Position numbers and translations under genes: made by a program
Shown: in pieces, positions 17,386 through 20,000 of the stretch
Layout of the letters: each line of letters opens with the position of its first letter
Position numbering within the stretch: position 1 is the stretch's first letter
IMG/VR virus record: IMGVR_UViG_3300030101_003124
Span: 48,704-68,703 of that record
Strand: one strand, 5' to 3'
Source: an uncultured virus (IMG/VR IMGVR_UViG_3300030101_003124)
Taxonomy: Duplodnaviria; Heunggongvirae; Uroviricota; Caudoviricetes; Crassvirales
Length of the DNA: 20,000 nt
The notes under the pieces: generated by a model
What the model was told of the DNA's origin: nothing
Databases searched by the model: none
Seen by the model: the letters and a program-made list of their open reading frames with translations, nothing else

Positions 17386-17684
17386 AGGTTATTAAGTTTA
17401 TTTTGTATTATATCTAATTTTCTTTTTATTATTGCGGCCTTCATATATTCTTCTTGGCCTTCATACATATTCATAAGTGTTGTTAGTCTAGCTAATTCAC
17501 CGACTAAAAACTCTTCTTCTGTTTCTTTAAATGGCAATTGTCCTTTTATTAATTCACCGATTGTCATTGGTGTGTTATACTGATGCCATTTAGGACTAGC
17601 AGATTTTTCTATTAGTATATCTAATACTTTATCAGCTAGTATATTTAATTCATCTTCGGTCATATTATTATTATCCGACTTCAT
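17382..17684 (-). CDS. Hypothetical protein with UVR-like C-terminal helical hairpin
   Basis: MYEGQEEYMKAAIIKRKLDII resembles the UvrB/UvrC 'E.YE.AA..RD.I' motif. Confidence 0.5.
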   Translation of the reverse strand: MKSDNNNMTEDELNILADKVLDILIEKSASPKWHQYNTPMTIGELIKGQLPFKETEEEFLVGELARLTTLMNMYEGQEEYMKAAIIKRKLDIIQNKLNNL

Positions 17685-17690
17685 TCGTAT

Positions 17691-18146
17691 TTAGTTTGTA
17701 TATACTTTTTCATATCTAGTTTTACCGTTAGCAAAATCAGTATACTCCATATCTTCCATATACTTAGATATAATCTTTTCTGGTTTTAATACAAATACAT
17801 TTCTACTTGAGTAGTTGTCATAACAACTTACCCACCTGTCTTGTTTACCTGTAAATATAATATAAGTATAATGGTGATCTATATGAGCAGGGTCTCTATA
17901 TAAATAGCAGCTGTCATAGTACATATCATGAACTAATTTTGCAGCAAGTCTTGCGCCATCTTGACTAGGATTAGCGTGTAACCAGTTTGCTATTTGTACG
18001 CCTTGCCATTGTGGATAACCATCGTGATGTAAATACATATTTACATAGCTTTTGTCACTGAACCATGCAGGAACTTCTGCAAAACCTAGCTCAGTATCTT
18101 CTGCGTGTCGTCTATCTACGACCATTGTTAAGTTTCTTGTTGCCAT
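17691..18146 (-). CDS. Conserved phage hypothetical protein (YxHxDGYP motif)
   Basis: MATR...MYLHHDGYPQWQG...HYTY pattern. Confidence 0.65.
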   Translation of the reverse strand: MATRNLTMVVDRRHAEDTELGFAEVPAWFSDKSYVNMYLHHDGYPQWQGVQIANWLHANPSQDGARLAAKLVHDMYYDSCYLYRDPAHIDHHYTYIIFTGKQDRWVSCYDNYSSRNVFVLKPEKIISKYMEDMEYTDFANGKTRYEKVYTN

Positions 18147-18149
18147 ATT

Positions 18150-18464
18150 TTATAAATTATCTCGTTCTACAAATAATGCATAGCCAAGCTTTGCATAATT
18201 AATTATATCGCCAAACCTACTAATCATAGGCTCTGCTTTGTTTAGATCATGGTTGCTAACGTGAGCAGCAACTGAACTAACTTGCTTATCAAAGTAAGCA
18301 TACCATACAACTAAAGGGTCTACATTTAGCTTTTTAGCTGTAGATTTAAAGTTGTTTAATACGTCGGTGTCCTGCATAGTATATTCAGGACCTTTTTTTC
18401 TCATAGTCTCTCTAGCATATTCGTCTAGTTTACCTACTAATATATCAAAATGTGTGTCTTTCAT
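18150..18464 (-). CDS. DUF1599/nucleotide-modification-associated all-alpha domain protein
   Basis: RKKGPEYT...VLNNFK...FDKQV...ISRFGDIINYAKL. Confidence 0.6.
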   Translation of the reverse strand: MKDTHFDILVGKLDEYARETMRKKGPEYTMQDTDVLNNFKSTAKKLNVDPLVVWYAYFDKQVSSVAAHVSNHDLNKAEPMISRFGDIINYAKLGYALFVERDNL

Positions 18465-18470
18465 AGTTAT

Positions 18471-18704
18471 TTAATCTAGTAGTACCATGTATGCTTTAGG
18501 GTTAGCTGATCTGAACCAGTCTAAACCTTTTGCGGTTATATCATAGTGACCTGTTACCTGACTACCCATAATTAAATCATACATAGCTAACTCGTTAGCA
18601 TTTAGTTGATATGATTCACCTGAGAAAGGATTAGTAACTGTATCACCTTCTGTATAGTTAGCACCATCGTACCATTTTGGTAATTCTTTATTATTCTTCT
18701 TCAT
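18471..18704 (-). CDS. Hypothetical phage protein
   Basis: VTNPFSGESYQL...GLDWFRSANPKAYMVLLD; tightly packed. Confidence 0.65.
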   Translation of the reverse strand: MKKNNKELPKWYDGANYTEGDTVTNPFSGESYQLNANELAMYDLIMGSQVTGHYDITAKGLDWFRSANPKAYMVLLD

Positions 18705-19146
18705 AGTAATCTTCTGAGTCTAATAACTCATCTTTTTTATCGTTAAACAAATCTTCGTATATATCTTGCCACCATTGTTCTAGCTCGTGGTTAAAATCCC
18801 ACTCCATATCGTCCCATAAGTGAGGTTCTACCCACACATCACTACCTGATGTTAACTCGCTAATAGCTCGTTCTGACCACTCTGGATAATTTTCATATTG
18901 ATAACCATCTTGTGATACATAAGGTCTCTCATCATGAGTACACCAGTATATATCATAACTATCAGCTGTTGATTCGCTGTATATTTTTAGTTTGTACTTA
19001 CTATCACACCAGTCAGATTTAGTGTCTAGTTTGCCGCCATATTCCGTATCGATATATTCAAGAAGCCAAGGCGCATCTGGTTCTTCCATTATACCATCAT
19101 CGACTAATGCCGAAGTGATAATATCGTCTGTTAGTAATTCTGCCAT
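18691..19146 (-). CDS. Highly acidic hypothetical protein
   Basis: Asp/Glu/Trp/Tyr-rich 151-aa ORF, coupled to the upstream ORF by TAATG. Confidence 0.7.
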   Translation of the reverse strand: MAELLTDDIITSALVDDGIMEEPDAPWLLEYIDTEYGGKLDTKSDWCDSKYKLKIYSESTADSYDIYWCTHDERPYVSQDGYQYENYPEWSERAISELTSGSDVWVEPHLWDDMEWDFNHELEQWWQDIYEDLFNDKKDELLDSEDYYEEE

Positions 19147-19385
19147 TATTCTTTTATTGTAAACTTACTACCGTACATAACATCGTGTGCTGTTACTTCA
19201 TGCGTATAAAGACCTGAGTATGTCATTAGGCTACTAACATCACTAAGTGATAAGTCGTGCCATAATGTTGAACTCATGAGTTTATACTTTAGCTTTTTAG
19301 CACTGTCATATTTTCTAGCACTAGCTTGCAACTCTGATTTGATATGAGGTTGCAGTAAGTCGTAAATTGATTTAATTTTACTCAT
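19146..19385 (-). CDS. Hypothetical protein
   Basis: ORF 19146..19427; ATG at 19385 (MSKIKS) preceded by an A-rich leader is preferred. Confidence 0.6.
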   Translation of the reverse strand: MSKIKSIYDLLQPHIKSELQASARKYDSAKKLKYKLMSSTLWHDLSLSDVSSLMTYSGLYTHEVTAHDVMYGSKFTIKE

Positions 19386-19452
19386 ATTGTTTTTATTATA
19401 TTTAATTATACTGATTATATTATCCATCTACATTCGTATTTATATTGTAATA

Positions 19453-19575
19453 CCGGGGGTGACGCCGTGCACGACGCCCACGCTTTCAGGGGAAAATAAG
19501 TTGAGTCATCGAGCGCCTCGATAAAGCGTCTTGTATTCTCGAACTTATTAACCGTCCTTCGTGTTTTAACCCTGT
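19453..19575 (-). ncRNA. Candidate structured RNA with crossing stems (pseudoknot or switch)
   Basis: Stems 19495-19505/19538-19549, 19480-19486/19523-19529, 19508-19513/19517-19522, 19487-19491/19570-19574, plus hairpin 19461-19478 whose G.U pairs form only on the - strand. Confidence 0.5.
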
Positions 19576-19578
19576 TAG

Positions 19579-19678
19579 TGGATGTGGCAGGAATCGAACC
19601 TGCGTTAAGCGTCACAGAAGACATCCAGTACTCTTTCAACTGTTCCAACTGTTCTTAGCTTCTAACCATTTCACACCC
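19579..19678 (-). ncRNA. tRNA-like RNA resembling the tmRNA tRNA-like domain, without an mRNA-like domain
   Basis: Acceptor GGGUGUG/CACAUCC with G3.U70 and discriminator A; T arm GCAGG-UUCGAUU-CCUGC; stemless D-loop AAAUGGUUAGAAG; no U8 and no anticodon arm. Confidence 0.7.
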
Positions 19679-19875
19679 ATAAAGCAGCAGTTGTAGACAG
19701 GTAGTTAACTAGTATTGTCATTTATCTACAATTTCTGTTTTGCGAACCATAGTAGGAATTACCGCTAACGTGACCTGTACGCCGCCACTAAACCGCCTCA
19801 CATAATACACTTCCGTACGCTCGCTTATACCCGTCGGCAGTCGGCACCACAAATGTTATTGGCGAAATTTATTAT

Positions 19876-20000
19876 TTAGTTACCGTGTTCTATAGTTTTT
19901 TCACTTGTTACCATCCACTCACAGTCATTTACTTTGTGACCTGCGCCGTATAAAAACGCTTCACAAGACTCTGAGTCAGGATTCCATTTATTTTCATCAC
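19876..20000 (-). CDS. C-terminus of a hypothetical protein entering from the right edge
   Basis: Open frame DENKWNPDSESCEAFLYGAGHKVNDCEWMVTSEKTIEHGN* ending at TAA 19876-19878. Confidence 0.6.
   Translation of the reverse strand, partial: DENKWNPDSESCEAFLYGAGHKVNDCEWMVTSEKTIEHGN

Noticed and set aside
19415..19648. 77-aa ORF on the - strand
   Set aside because: Non-ATG start; reads through the T arm/acceptor (AGSIPATST is the usual translation of a tRNA/tmRNA 3' end) and the paired stems; better explained as RNA.
19579..19870. Full-length or circularly permuted two-piece tmRNA
   Set aside because: The 5' acceptor strand lies only 100 nt upstream in normal order, there is no second GGRUGUG downstream of the 3' end, and no tag ending in AA-stop. 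The internal frame ...VLDVFCDA* stops inside the helix next to the T arm.
1..20000. Stop-codon reassignment, CRISPR array, introns or inteins
   Set aside because: Genes are full length under the standard code with TAA, TAG and TGA all used as stops; no regularly spaced repeats; nrdA, nrdB and helicase show no insertions.

Overview
AT-rich, gene-dense segment of a tailed dsDNA bacteriophage. A Bacteroidota/Flavobacteriia host is inferred, because Shine-Dalgarno sites are not evident and three signal peptides are followed by Gln. Two convergent arms meet at a hairpin terminator near 5.0 kb. The + arm (1-4983) holds the end of a large virion protein, a cluster of secreted/envelope proteins (beta-barrel-like, thioredoxin-fold, YfiM-like), an M15 peptidase endolysin, small basic proteins and a holin candidate. 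The - arm (5011-20000) is a nucleotide metabolism and replication module: class I RNR alpha/beta, endonuclease I-like nuclease, all-alpha NTP pyrophosphatases, a thymidylate-synthase-fold enzyme, primase-helicase, SSB, RecE-like exonuclease, ERF, sigma70-like factor, HTH protein, DenV-like glycosylase, ATP-dependent ligase and small early genes. Two things stand out. (i) The TS-fold enzyme has the dCMP-specific RSND...ND signature of T4 gp42 and sits among NTP pyrophosphatases, suggesting a cytosine-modification pathway. (ii) A GC-rich non-coding island at 19450-19870 contains a 100-nt tmRNA-like tRNA-like domain with the alanine G3.U70 identity pair but no mRNA-like domain, flanked by two further structured elements. 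All family assignments come from motif recognition by eye; no searches were run.
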